From NCBI GenBank assembly GCA_963775685.1, contig CAVZJV010000014.1, positions 2,048,001 through 2,112,000 of the forward strand: a stretch of DNA of 64,000 nucleotides, read 5' to 3'. Under the pieces are notes generated by a model that was not told the DNA's origin, made no database searches, and saw only the letters and a list, made by a program, of their open reading frames with translations. Of this stretch, positions 49,867 through 60,988 are shown one piece after another. How positions within the stretch are numbered: the first letter of the stretch is position 1; each line of letters begins with the position of its first letter. This DNA is from Candidatus Bathyarchaeota archaeon (GTDB taxonomy: Archaea > Thermoproteota > Bathyarchaeia > Bathyarchaeales > Bathycorpusculaceae). The translations under genes and the position numbers were made by a program.

Positions 49867-51213
49867 CTATTGTTTTTGTAGTATTGCTATGAAGAAGCCG
49901 TTGCAGTGGTGGATGTGTGGATAAAGGCGTTGGCATTTGATCAAGCCGTTTAGTCCTGACATGCCAATCTTGGGCTCAATGTCAGCTAGGTTGAATTCTG
50001 GGTGTTCTTTCAGGAACCTCTCGATTATGCCCTCATTTTCCTCCAAGGTTATGCTACAGGTGGAGTAAGCTAAGGTGCCGCCTTGAGTTACTTTTTCTGC
50101 GCAGTTGTTAATCATTTGCCACTGGAGCTGTGACATGTTCTGAATGGATTTGGGGCTGAGGCGCCACTTTGCTGAGGGTTGCTTCGCAAAGACGCCTGTG
50201 CTGGTACACGGTGGATCCAAAACCACAAGGTCTGCTTCTCCCACCAGCGGCATGGATACGCTGATATCCGCAACTATCGGGTCAGCAATTTTGGCACCCA
50301 TGCGGGTGGTTTCTTTTTGCCATGTCTTCATGCGTTTAGGCGAGAAATCCACTGAGGTTATACTGCCTTGGTTCTGCATTAGCTGGGCGATGAAGGTTGT
50401 TTTGGCGCCTGGGGCAGCGCAAACGTCAAAAACGGTACTGCCGGGTTGTGGGTTTGCGGCTTGGGTGGCAAAGCAGCTGGCTTTATCTTGGACATAGAAT
50501 AAGCCGTCAGCGTAGGCTGGGAGGGAATTTAAGGGTTTTTTGGTTGAGAGAACCCTGTAAGTATATTTCAAATGTTCAGTTTTTTGTAGTTCAACGCCTT
50601 GCTCTTTGAGTCTTTGCACGGTTTCTTCTTCAGTTGCTTTTAGCGTGTTGATGCGGATGTATGCTGGCGGCATCTTCATGCTGCCGTTCAAAAAGGTAAT
50701 GGTTTCTTTTTGCCCGAAGATTTTGATGCAATACTCGACAAACCATGTTGGATGGAAGGTTTGGAGGCTGATTTTTTCGGTTTCACTGACGGTTTCTACG
50801 ATTTGCGCTAGTCTTTTGGTTAACAGAAACCCAATGAAGGGTTCTACCTCACGCAAGGTTTGCCAGCCCAATATTGCTCTACCTAAACTTGCGATGTTTT
50901 CGGCTTCTTTAGGGTTAATTCTTTCCCAGTTCTTAACGACGCGGGTCTGGTAAACATATAATCTAAGGAAGGCTTGGATGCCCAGATTGTATTCGTCGAT
51001 TTTTTTGGGGGCCATAACTTCATTTATGAATTTGTCAATGAGGTTTTTTCGGCGCTCTGTCTCTACTACTAAGCCGTAAGCGAAACGTATCGCGCTGGGG
51101 TCATTAACACCGAGCTGTTTTACTGTTCGCATTAGGGCCGCCCTCTCGTTGAGTCGGCGCATCTCTATCCAGCTAAGGGTTTCTATAGCTATAGTCCAAG
51201 CGTCACGCAGCAA
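49867..51213 (-). CDS. RsmB/NOP2-family RNA m5C methyltransferase
   Basis: RINTLK, QDKAS, DVCAAPGAKT, DPPCT, YSTCS, ENE. Confidence 0.92.
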   Translation of the reverse strand: MLRDAWTIAIETLSWIEMRRLNERAALMRTVKQLGVNDPSAIRFAYGLVVETERRKNLIDKFINEVMAPKKIDEYNLGIQAFLRLYVYQTRVVKNWERINPKEAENIASLGRAILGWQTLREVEPFIGFLLTKRLAQIVETVSETEKISLQTFHPTWFVEYCIKIFGQKETITFLNGSMKMPPAYIRINTLKATEEETVQRLKEQGVELQKTEHLKYTYRVLSTKKPLNSLPAYADGLFYVQDKASCFATQAANPQPGSTVFDVCAAPGAKTTFIAQLMQNQGSITSVDFSPKRMKTWQKETTRMGAKIADPIVADISVSMPLVGEADLVVLDPPCTSTGVFAKQPSAKWRLSPKSIQNMSQLQWQMINNCAEKVTQGGTLAYSTCSITLEENEGIIERFLKEHPEFNLADIEPKIGMSGLNGLIKCQRLYPHIHHCNGFFIAILQKQ

Positions 51214-51441
51214 ATTTTTTCACACAAACCTATCAATGTAACCGAAGTAAATAAGAATTCAAAACAGCCAGTTATGTTGCTTCATGTTAAAAGTCACATA
51301 TCTTTGCGGATAATTCTTTTTCTCTCGTAGAAGATTTTGCTCTCCATTAATCATTTGAAAAAATACCAGTGCGTAACAAAACTATTCGCACATACCAGCT
51401 TATTCTTCCTGTATCCTTTTCTTATTTGGAGATGTCAAATA

Positions 51442-51567
51442 TTGAGTCAAATCATCAAACGTAGAAGCACCCCTCAAACACGCGCTGGACAATACATGTG
51501 CTCAGAGTGTGGTCAAATCTTCGAAACCAAAAAGGAAGTTGACAACCACTACCAAGTAATACATTAA
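51442..51567 (+). CDS. 41-aa single C2H2 zinc-finger protein
   Basis: TTG start after GGAG; YMCSECGQIFETKKEVDNHYQVIH fits Y-x-C-x2-C-x3-F-x8-H-x4-H. Confidence 0.6.
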   Translation: MSQIIKRRSTPQTRAGQYMCSECGQIFETKKEVDNHYQVIH

Positions 51568-51733
51568 CACCATTAAATTCAACCATAATTAGAATCGATT
51601 AATAAACAAAACTTGGTATCTTCTCGGTTTTTGCCTAGTTTTTGTTGCTTAAACCATTTGCGCAAATCTGTATTTTTAGTCACTAAAGATTTTAGTCACC
51701 ATGTAAGTATATCTGGCTTAAGGTTAACTGGGG

Positions 51734-54484
51734 ATGGCACGAACTCTCTTAGATTATTGCATTAGCGAACAAACTAGAACTCCCGTCCAAGAGGAGATTA
51801 AAGCACAAGCGCCAACTCCATCCATCCAAATTAAGGAAGCCGAAATAATAAAGCCTCCAAAAAGGAGGCAGCGCCAACCTTATCCACCAATAGCACCTGA
51901 AAACCTGCCCCCCTCCTACTTTGTCTCAGCCTCTTACGATGGGCGCCAAAAAAAGGCTGTAATCAAACTCTATGAACCACAATCAGGTCAAATCTACTTC
52001 TGGTATGACAACACTGGACACAAACCCTACTGTTTAACCAATCTAAAACCCTATGAACTAAACAAAATAGAGCGCTTAACCAATCATGAAGGCTTTGACA
52101 GCTTAGAAGTTACAGAAAGATACGACCCATTAATGAACCAAAATGTTAAGGTAACAAAAATAATTGCTAAAGACCCATTGGCAATCGGCGGTAGACCTGG
52201 TGGCACCATACGCGATATTGTGCCTGAAGATTATCTGAGAGTCTGTGAAACCCATATTGAACCTTCAGACATTAAAATTTGGGAATCCAAAATCAAATAT
52301 TACCAATCGTACATTTATGACCGCCAACTTTTGCCAGGTATGATTTACGAAGTAAAAGATGGCAATTTGGTACCGAAAGTTCTTGAGGAAACCTCCGAAA
52401 ATCTCAATAAAATCAAGAATATGTTTAAAGAATGTACGGAAGAGGAGCGGGATTATGCGGAGATGTGGGCTAAACTACTTGAGTATCCAGCGCCCAAGTT
52501 CCGTCGTGCCGCTATAGATATTGAAGTTTATTCCCCTCTTTCGACAAGGGTGCCTGATTCACGTGAAGGCGCATGTCCAGTAATCGCCTGTTCGGTCTAT
52601 AGTTCCGACGGGGAAAAACGTGTGCTTGTTCTCAAACGAGAAGGTATGCAGAAAGGCGATGCAGGCTTAACCGCTGGTTTAGATGTTGAATACTGTGAAA
52701 CTGAAGAAGAACTCCTAAGAAAAGTCTTCGATTTCCTCTGGGATTATCCTTTCATTTTAACGTTTAACGGCGACGACTTTGACCTCAGATATCTCGTTCA
52801 CCGCGCCTATAACTTAGGCTTTAACAAAAAGGACATCCCAATCGACATCGGCAAACGAGTATGTCTCCTAAAATATGGTATACACATCGACCTCTACAAG
52901 TTCTTCTTTAACCGCTCCGTGCAAATCTATGCATACGGCAACCGCTACAAAGATGTAACCCTCGCTGATGTTGGCAACGCATTAGTAGGTGTTGAGAAAA
53001 TCCATTTAGAAAAAACGTTTGGCGACCTGTCGTACAATGAGCTTGCTATGTATTGCTTGCGCGACTCAGAAATAACCTACAAACTAACAAGTTTTGATAA
53101 CGACTCTGCGATGAAACTAATTCTAGTTCTGGCAAGAATCGCCAGTATGCCTATGGAAGATGTCAGCCGACAAGGCGTCAGCCGATGGATACGCAACTTT
53201 ATGCACCGCGAACACCGAAAAAGAAACATGCTGATTCCCAATGGTGAAGACATCCTGACCAAGAAGGGCAAAACCTCAACAACCGCAGTGATCAAAGGTA
53301 AAAAATACAAGGGCGCCATTGTCGTCGAACCCACGCCGGGCGTTCATTTTAACGTGGCAGTCATGGACTTTCCCAGCCTATACCCCTCAATAATCAAAGT
53401 CTGGAACCTAGGCTATCAATCCATCTGCTGTAGTCATCCAAACTGCAAGGGACATTTAATACCAGACACGCCCCATTGGGTATGCACAGAAAAACGCGCC
53501 TTAGAAAGCCTCCTCATTGGCTCACTTCGCGATTTGCGTGTGAGATGGTACAAAAGCCGTGCTAAAGACAAAACACTGCCAGCAGAGCTGCGAAGTTGGT
53601 ATAGTATCGCTCAAGGAGCGCTTAAAGTAATTTTGAACGCGAGCTATGGTGTTTTTGGCGCAGATAGCTTTGATCTTTATTGTCCGCCCGTTGCAGAAGC
53701 CACAGCTTCCATTGGACGCTATTCCATCACTCAAATCCTCAAACACGCCGAAGCAGTAGGCATCCAAGTGCTCTACGGCGACACCGACAGCTTGTTTTTG
53801 AAAAACCCATCTAAAGAACAAATAGAAGAAGTAATCCGTTACACAGAGCATGAGTTGAACATGGGCATAGATATGGAGAAAACCTACAGGTACGCGGTCT
53901 TTAGTTCACGCAAAAAGAACTATTTGGGTGTTCTCGAAGATGGCTCAGTTGACGTTAAAGGGTTAACAGGCAAGAAAAAACATATCCCTATCTTCATCAA
54001 AGATGCCTTCAACCAAATGAAGGAACGGCTTGCCAACGTCAAAAACCCGGAAGATTTCGAAAAAGCAAGAAAAGACATTGGAGACATAGTTAGACAGCGG
54101 TACAATACCCTTAAACGTCGCGAATGGGGCGAAATAAGCGACCTAGCATTTCATGTAGTGCTAGGCGATGAACTTTCAAGTTATATCAAAACAACGCCTC
54201 AGCATGTGAAGGCGGCCAGGATACTTCAAAAAAGTGGCAAAGAGTTGCGAGCTGGAGACCTGATAAGTTTTGTTAAAGTTATAAAGTCATCCTCACGCGG
54301 CAGCATCTCGGAAGATGCTAATGCTGGTGTAAAACCTGTCGAGTTAACGTCCCGCAACGAAGTCGATGTAGACAAGTATATCGCATATCTTCAAAGCACT
54401 TTTGATCAGGTACTGGATGCTTTGGGTCTTAGTTTTGACGAAATAATCGGGCTAACTAAACTAGAAAGTTTCCTTGGAGCTTAA
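51734..54484 (+). CDS. polB1: Family B DNA polymerase PolB1 (Dpo1-like)
   Basis: Exonuclease motifs DIE, FNGDDFD, YCLRDSE; polymerase motifs DFPSLYPSII, KVILNASYG, YGDTDS, KKNY. Confidence 0.95.
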   Translation: MARTLLDYCISEQTRTPVQEEIKAQAPTPSIQIKEAEIIKPPKRRQRQPYPPIAPENLPPSYFVSASYDGRQKKAVIKLYEPQSGQIYFWYDNTGHKPYCLTNLKPYELNKIERLTNHEGFDSLEVTERYDPLMNQNVKVTKIIAKDPLAIGGRPGGTIRDIVPEDYLRVCETHIEPSDIKIWESKIKYYQSYIYDRQLLPGMIYEVKDGNLVPKVLEETSENLNKIKNMFKECTEEERDYAEMWAKLLEYPAPKFRRAAIDIEVYSPLSTRVPDSREGACPVIACSVYSSDGEKRVLVLKREGMQKGDAGLTAGLDVEYCETEEELLRKVFDFLWDYPFILTFNGDDFDLRYLVHRAYNLGFNKKDIPIDIGKRVCLLKYGIHIDLYKFFFNRSVQIYAYGNRYKDVTLADVGNALVGVEKIHLEKTFGDLSYNELAMYCLRDSEITYKLTSFDNDSAMKLILVLARIASMPMEDVSRQGVSRWIRNFMHREHRKRNMLIPNGEDILTKKGKTSTTAVIKGKKYKGAIVVEPTPGVHFNVAVMDFPSLYPSIIKVWNLGYQSICCSHPNCKGHLIPDTPHWVCTEKRALESLLIGSLRDLRVRWYKSRAKDKTLPAELRSWYSIAQGALKVILNASYGVFGADSFDLYCPPVAEATASIGRYSITQILKHAEAVGIQVLYGDTDSLFLKNPSKEQIEEVIRYTEHELNMGIDMEKTYRYAVFSSRKKNYLGVLEDGSVDVKGLTGKKKHIPIFIKDAFNQMKERLANVKNPEDFEKARKDIGDIVRQRYNTLKRREWGEISDLAFHVVLGDELSSYIKTTPQHVKAARILQKSGKELRAGDLISFVKVIKSSSRGSISEDANAGVKPVELTSRNEVDVDKYIAYLQSTFDQVLDALGLSFDEIIGLTKLESFLGA

Positions 54485-54516
54485 CCCAAAACGTTCTCTT
54501 TCAAGGCGTCTTTTCC

Positions 54517-55407
54517 TTACAAAAGTTGGATTATCGCCCCCAACAATGTGAAGAGGGCAACTATCACAGAGATTATTATAACTACTCTGCGTTCGGTTAA
54601 GGAGCGGTGGTAAGTTATGACTGTGACTAGGCTTTTTCTGTTCTCAGAACTGAGTTTTGAGCCGTCGAATTTGACTCCTGCTCGTTTGCGTGTAAAGAAT
54701 ACGGCAAGTAGAATGATTATTGAGTTAAAGATGTAAGGCAAAAGTGAAATTAGCAGGTCCACTTTTAAGTCGGATATTACAGCAAACGAGGCTATGGTTA
54801 TTCCAATGGCAAATGACCCAGCGTTACCCACGAAAATTTTGCCTCGCACGTTGGAGTATGCAAGGATTAGCCAGAAAAATAAAGGTCCAATCATCAATAT
54901 GTAAGAAGGTGAAAAAGCCGTCAAACCCAAGATAACGATGGCCGGACAGAGAGTTTCAAGTCCGTTTAAGCCACCAAGTTGGTTAACCGTGTTTGTGACA
55001 ATCATAACGATAAGCGGGACAATGAGGAAAACATAGTAAGCACCAAAATGTAAAGTTCCGAGAAAAGGGAGCGCTACAGAAGTTCTTATCGCCCCCGTTT
55101 GTAGCCCCTCAAACACATAAAACATCAACGGTAGGGCTGCAATCAGAGGCATGAACGACTTATAGCGCCACTTTAAGTCCATAAAGTCGTCAAGGAGCCC
55201 CATGAAACCGCCGAACAGTATACAAACTGCAAGTGTCAAAGCGGCGGAGACACCGTTCACAGACGTATCTAGGCCTAGAATGAAAACTCTATTCAAGAAG
55301 TAAATCGAGAAAAGATAAACGGTTGTGGTTAGGACAAAAAGGACGCCTAAACCATTGGGAATTAAAGGTTGACCAACTTTATGTTGATCGGGGACCTTTG
55401 GAAACAT
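54517..55407 (-). CDS. aglH: UDP-GlcNAc:dolichyl-phosphate GlcNAc-1-phosphate transferase (AglH/GPT, MraY-like)
   Basis: D.HK...IP, GLLDD...LKWRYK, NTVNQLGGLNGLE, IFVGN.GS; 14 bp downstream of aglB. Confidence 0.8.
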   Translation of the reverse strand: MFPKVPDQHKVGQPLIPNGLGVLFVLTTTVYLFSIYFLNRVFILGLDTSVNGVSAALTLAVCILFGGFMGLLDDFMDLKWRYKSFMPLIAALPLMFYVFEGLQTGAIRTSVALPFLGTLHFGAYYVFLIVPLIVMIVTNTVNQLGGLNGLETLCPAIVILGLTAFSPSYILMIGPLFFWLILAYSNVRGKIFVGNAGSFAIGITIASFAVISDLKVDLLISLLPYIFNSIIILLAVFFTRKRAGVKFDGSKLSSENRKSLVTVITYHRSLTERRVVIIISVIVALFTLLGAIIQLL

Positions 55408-55421
55408 TTGGTGTTTCCTGT

Positions 55422-57714
55422 TTATGGCGGTGTTATGCCGTGTTGGGCATCGTATGTTGCCCAGTCAATTGAGTATATAGCAATTATCGGGATTAGACCG
55501 CGATATTGTCCTGGTGCTGTGTCTATTCCTGCAAAGTATGCTTTTTGGAAGTATGTTGGTACCGTTGTAGTTTGGTCTGGGGTTATAGTGATTTGGTTGT
55601 TTGTTTGGGTGGTAACTGTATTGCAGTAGTCAACTTCTGCGAAATTCAACAGTTCAAATACTGTGCAGTTTAAGCCTTGGTCATTCCATTGCCATCTGCC
55701 TGATGTTGGGTCACTTGAGCCAAATTGTTTTTCATCAACCCAAGCTGTTCCAGAGTTCATAAAGCCTGTGTTTATTAGTCTGTCCTTGGCTTGACCTGAA
55801 ATTCTTGCCATCCAAACCCATTTGCCTTCATCTCCATATCCGGCTGGGCTTGCAATGTATGATGAGCCTCCGCTTGCTTGAGATATCTGCAGGACTTCAA
55901 AAACGGCGATGTATTTGACGCGGTTTTGTCCATAGCTGTTGAGCATTGCCATCGACTGGTTCTCGTTAGCCATGAATATGAAGCCATCGTTCTCAATCTG
56001 CGTGGCGTTTGTTGTTGTGTTGTCGGCTATGCTGGTAACGTTTCCAAGGTCGCTCAGCCAGTTGCCATAGTCCCACCACATTACAATAGCGTCGGTTGAA
56101 GGAACGTTAGTCTGCATCCAATGGACAGCTTCAAGCCACGCGCTTATTGGAGCGTTAAGGTCTTGTCCAGGCAACGGAAGGCTTGACGCGCTGATTGCTG
56201 TTGGCGTGTAAGCTTGTGAGATGGCTCGCGGAGTTCCGTTGGCTAATTGCGGTGAAAACGCCAAGTTTGTTACAAGAAGCATAAAGATTATGAAGACTGC
56301 CACTCCGCTGTATTCTTTACTGACCTTGGGCATTCTGCGTTTTGATTTAGCGAGAGTTCGTGGCGCTTCTCGGAGCAGTGTTACGAATGGCTTGAGTATG
56401 CCGATGATGCCTATCCCTGCTATTATGGCGAATGCTGGAGCGAAGAGAACTAGAAGACGTACCATTGAAGTTGCAAAGTAGAGTCCTGTTACGGCGAAGA
56501 GTAGCAGGAAGATGTTTCGGTTACTAGGGTTCTTCAATACAAAGTATAGACCTACTATGAAGAACAGTATCGCTATGCCAAATTCTAAGTAAAGGTTTCC
56601 CCATGCCGAAATTCTTTGTTCTGCAACTGAGTCAACAAGGGGTGAAGCAGCCCTGATGAAAGGGTCTAAAACCGTGACGAATTTTCCTGTAATTCCTCCC
56701 ATCAGGCCAGTAGCTGCTAAGTACCACGAACCCGCCTACAATAGCCACAAGTGAAGCTAATGCAAGAGAGAGTTTGGCCTTCATTGATATGTTATTTCTT
56801 AGAATTTCGGCGACTATAAGCACGATAAACACTGCCGCTACTGGAAGCACCGCACCTGAAATCAAGTAACTAAGAGAAATGTAGGGAACTTTTGTTCCAA
56901 TAAACAATGCCAGACCGAAGGTAACGCTGTAGTTGATTAACATTCTTTGGCTGTATCTCTTCAGCAGAACTAGGATGAAGACAAACAAAACTGATAACCC
57001 GATTAAATAGTAGGCTGCTCCCCAACCTGCGATAAAGTAACCAAGCGCTGCGGCTGAACCTAAAGAGTACAGCACTGACTCTCGTAGGGATCTGTTAGCG
57101 TCTATAGACCTTAGGAACAGGAAGATGAACAATACTAGACCAATTACACCTGGCACTTCTGTATCAAAGAATCCTAAAGAGCTTCTCTGCAAGAACGAAG
57201 GCGCTAACGCGAGGAATAGTGCAGCGAATAATCCAACTGCTTTGCCCCCCATGTCTTTGCCCACAAAGTAAAGCACAAGACATGCGACCACAGCAACGAG
57301 AGCTGGGAATATTGAGCAGAACGTCATTAAATCGATCTTTGCGCCAAACAATGAGACAACTTGGAAGGCTACCGCAGCTGTCATTGGCAAAGCTGGTAGC
57401 GAAGCAGACATGTCTAATCCGTCAGGATACCATTTCTGAGTATTAATCCAATGGGTTGGCCAGTACGGTGAAAGTAAACCGTTATTTACCATATGCTGGG
57501 TTATGCTAAACTGATAGTAGGGGTCAAACTCGTTTAACAGCGCTGTTCCCCCTGATAGGTTCTCCCAGCGTAGCGGTAAAATTCGAACTGTAAAGGCAAC
57601 AAAGAGAATCATTACTAATGCTGCAAAAGCAAGGATTGTACCGTGGCTTACCTGAATTCTTAGCCTGCTGAAAATTGATAAATTACCTAGTCTTTCCTTA
57701 ATTCCTTCGCCCAC
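55422..57714 (-). CDS. aglB: Oligosaccharyltransferase AglB/STT3, split by a 1-base insertion near 56719 (probably a sequencing error)
   Basis: EFDPYY, RSSLGFFDTE, SVAEQ, WWDYG, ADN.T.N, DEGKWVWM. Removing one base gives ...FVVLAATGLMGGITGKF.... Confidence 0.9.
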
Positions 57715-57923
57715 TTTAAGCCATCTCTTCCAAATGTATATTGCGATTGTACTATTTTACACATGGGCGATTTATTTATGGCTTTCCAAAACCAGTCAGA
57801 ATAGCTTTAGGCGAATTAGAATGTTTAGTTGCATGAATTCTAACATAAGGGTGAACTTGGCAACCCTTTGAGACACAAATTTTCTATAAGTCAGTCTTAG
57901 TTTAAACAAGAAGCACTTGGCTC

Positions 57924-58094
57924 TTAACGCTTGCTTAACGGTTTAACTTCCACGTCCATAGGTAACAATGATAATTTTCTGTCACATTTTGGGCATTTTC
58001 CATCATGCTGGGCAATTATTTCGTCTGGAGGCTTAAGTTCATTGCCTTCATATAAAATATGTTTGCACCCATGGCAAATAACTCTTTGTGGCAC
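57924..58094 (-). CDS. 56-aa zinc-ribbon protein (not in the ORF track)
   Basis: GTG start; MPQRVICHGCKHILYEGNELKPPDEIIAQHDGKCPKCDRKLSLLPMDVEVKPLSKR*, two CxxC pairs. Confidence 0.7.
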   Translation of the reverse strand: MPQRVICHGCKHILYEGNELKPPDEIIAQHDGKCPKCDRKLSLLPMDVEVKPLSKR

Positions 58095-58228
58095 CCAATT
58101 CCCCAGTATTTAAATGGATATGGCATATTTATTGATTGCTAAAAACTTTAAATCTCAATCAACTAATGGACAACTGTAAAGCTTTAATGGGAAATCAATT
58201 GGAATGTTTAGAGGCAGGTAACTGGAAC

Positions 58229-60302
58229 ATGAAGAAATACACCTTAATCGTTACGGAAAAGCCTGATGCTGCAAACCGAATAGCAACTGCACTCGATATT
58301 GGGGATAACCCAAAAAAAGCGGCAATCCATGGTGTCCCATACTATCAAGCGTATCGTAACGGTAACATAGTGGTGGTTCCAGCTCTGGGGCACTTATACA
58401 CGATTACAAGCAAGCAAAAGGAACGTGAATACCCCGTTTTTGATTATCAATGGGTTCCAAGGTACCAAGCTGAACGTGGGGCACAAAGAATCCGTGTGTG
58501 GTTAAACGTCATTGCTGATTTAGCCCAGGATGCTGATGAGTTTGTAGATGCCTGCGACTTTGACATCGAAGGCAGCATAATTGGCTACAACCTTTTAAAG
58601 TTCGCTTGCGGCGGCAAAGAAACAGTAGCTAAAAGAATGAAGTATTCCACGCTTACAAAAGAAGAACTCCAAGAATCCTACAGTCACTTGCTGCCATCCT
58701 TAGACTTCACTTTAATCGAGGCTGGTTTGACCCGGCATGAAGTCGATTGGATGTACGGCATTAACTTGTCGCGAGCCTTAACCCATAGCGGCAAAAAACT
58801 GTAGCGGACAATACGCCACTCTAAGCACTGGCCGTGTGCAGGGACCAACCCTGAAGTTTCTTGAAGAACGAGAAAAAAGCATAAACTGCTTTGTGCCCAC
58901 ACCTTACTGGACCATAAATGCGAAAATAGCTATAAACGAAATTATCTTTGAGGTTGAATACGAAAAAACGCTTGCAACCTTCTCAGAAGCAACCAACGTG
59001 AGGGATGCCTGCAAAACTAAGAAGGGCCAAATAGAGTCCGTTGCGCTTGAGGAGTTCACGCAGAACCCACCTGTACCTTTTGACTTGGGTTCGCTACAAA
59101 GTGAGGCTTACCGGATTTTCAAGTATACCCCTGTGCGAACCTTAAACATACTCCAACATTTATACTTAGCCGCGTTGATCTCTTACCCACGAACAAGCAG
59201 CCAAAAGCTTCCGCCGTCAATCGGTTACAAAAACATCCTTAAGAAACTTGGAAAAACGGCCGCATACGCAAAACACACATCGGAACTACTCTCCAAACCA
59301 GCTTTAAAGCCAAACGAGGGTAAAAAATTTGACCAAGCACACCCAGCAATTTATCCAACAGGGAATTCTCCAGAAAAACCATTAGGTACAGCAGAAGAAA
59401 ATATTTTTGATTTGGTGATTAAACGTTTTTTATCAGTTTTTGGGGAACCTGCAATCCAGCAAAGCATCAACATAACTGTCAACATCAACGGAAATCGCTT
59501 CCGCACGGTTGCCACACGGACTTTGTCGGAAGGGTGGATAAAGTTTTACAAGCCCTATGTCCAAACAAAAGAAGCTTCTCTTCCACCCATAACCGAAGGA
59601 CAGAACGTTCAGGTCAAAAAATTAACTTTAAGCGACCGATTCACTAAACCACTTGCCCGATACAACCCCCGTAGCTTACTGTTAAAGATGGAGAAAGAAG
59701 AAATCGGAACCAAATCCACCCGAGCTTCCACCATCCAAACCCTTCAAGACCGCAAATACCTCAACGGCAAAGACAACTTAGCGGTGAGTGATTTGGGGTT
59801 TGAGGTTATTGGGGTTCTCAATAGGTATTGTCCAGAGGTGGTTTCGCCCGATATGACGCGGCAACTTGAACAGAAAATGGAGTCGATCCAGCAAGGGCGG
59901 GAAACTAAACAAAAAGTGCTCCAAGAAGCGATGGAAACCCTCAAAGGTGTGATGCTTAAACTTAAAGAAAAAGAAGCATCTATTGGCGCCCAATTATGTC
60001 TGTCAGTTCAGAAGAGGCGGCTGGAAGAGCGCGCCGTCGGATTTTGTCCAAACTGTCACGATGAGAAGCTGGTGATTTTACGCTCCAAAAAATCGGGCAA
60101 ACGTTTCGTGGGCTGCACCAACTATTTCAAAGGCAAATGCAATACAGCTTATCCGCTTCCGCAAACGGGCACCATCAAAACCTTAAGTGCCATATGCAAG
60201 AGTTGCAGTTCACCAACCATAGCAGTATACTATAAGGGAAGGATGCCTTGGCGGCTGTGTTTAAACCCCAGTTGCCAATCCAAAGGAGCCCACCCAAAAT
60301 GA
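58229..60302 (+). CDS. topA: Type IA DNA topoisomerase, split by a 1-base insertion at 58782-58784 (probably a sequencing error)
   Basis: TOPRIM motifs VTEKP, GHL, D.D.EG. Removing one C restores ..ALTIAAKNCSGQYATLSTGRVQGPTL. Catalytic ISYPRT and C-terminal Zn ribbons present. Confidence 0.92.
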
Positions 60303-60520
60303 AATGTAAGGTTTGTTGTCGAGAAGCACATAAAGACGGGTTCTGCCTGCTTCATCTGAAAGCTTACATGAACATTTGCGAGAAATTTAGTATTTGGCAA
60401 CGGGCGTTTGATGTTTCCTGGAGCCAATATTTGGTGGAAGTTCAGAAAAATTCATTAACTGGAGTATGGGCTAAAGATGTATTAAAGTACCTATTTGAGG
60501 AAGCGAACAAAGATGACTAG
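60299..60520 (+). CDS. Small hypothetical protein with CxxC...CxxH motif
   Basis: ATGA overlap with topA; MKCKVCCREAHKDGFCLLH...TG.WAKDV. Confidence 0.6.
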   Translation: MKCKVCCREAHKDGFCLLHLKAYMNICEKFSIWQRAFDVSWSQYLVEVQKNSLTGVWAKDVLKYLFEEANKDD

Positions 60521-60950
60521 TAAAATGAAAAAACGTTCTTCAGGGATGTCGTTTTCGCTAAGCAGATGGTTCCGCAAAATTTCCACAAACGCACCCACCG
60601 CGTTCATAGTAACTCTAGTCGGATTATCTTACACAGTGTTCCTCTTAGGCGGAGGCCTGTACACTCTTATCGGTCCTGACGCGGCGGCACACCAACCCTC
60701 AGCATACGTTAATGGGCGTTTCTTCTTCTTGTACCCAGACCTCAGCCACCAATTTATCTCAGACACCATAATCTCCGCAATACTTTACTCACTTGGATTT
60801 GTGGGGTTGTTATCCATCTACCAAAGCACCAAGAGTGCCTATAAACCAAGACAGGCCTATATGCTTCTTGTCATAGGCGTCACTTTCTTGCTTTTGGCAT
60901 ACGTGTTCCTGGAAGGCTCTATCCAGTTCAAGATAACAGGTGGACAATAG
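60513..60950 (+). CDS. OST3/OST6-family (OSTC/DC2-like) three-TM membrane protein
   Basis: SYTVFLLGGGLYTLI...P....FFFLYPDLSHQFISDTIISAILYSLGFVGLL resembles the OSTC pattern SYFLITGGIIYD.I..PP...F....NGQYI.EGL..SFLF..GG.G, recalled from memory. Confidence 0.6.
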   Translation: MTSKMKKRSSGMSFSLSRWFRKISTNAPTAFIVTLVGLSYTVFLLGGGLYTLIGPDAAAHQPSAYVNGRFFFLYPDLSHQFISDTIISAILYSLGFVGLLSIYQSTKSAYKPRQAYMLLVIGVTFLLLAYVFLEGSIQFKITGGQ

Positions 60951-60988
60951 TCTTTTCCTCAAATCCTTGGCAATTTTTATTATTTTTT

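Noticed and set aside
55422-57714. Naturally split AglB or programmed frameshifting in aglB, topA and ecfA2
   Set aside because: No slippery heptamer or stimulatory structure is evident at the breaks, and a single homopolymer correction restores each gene.
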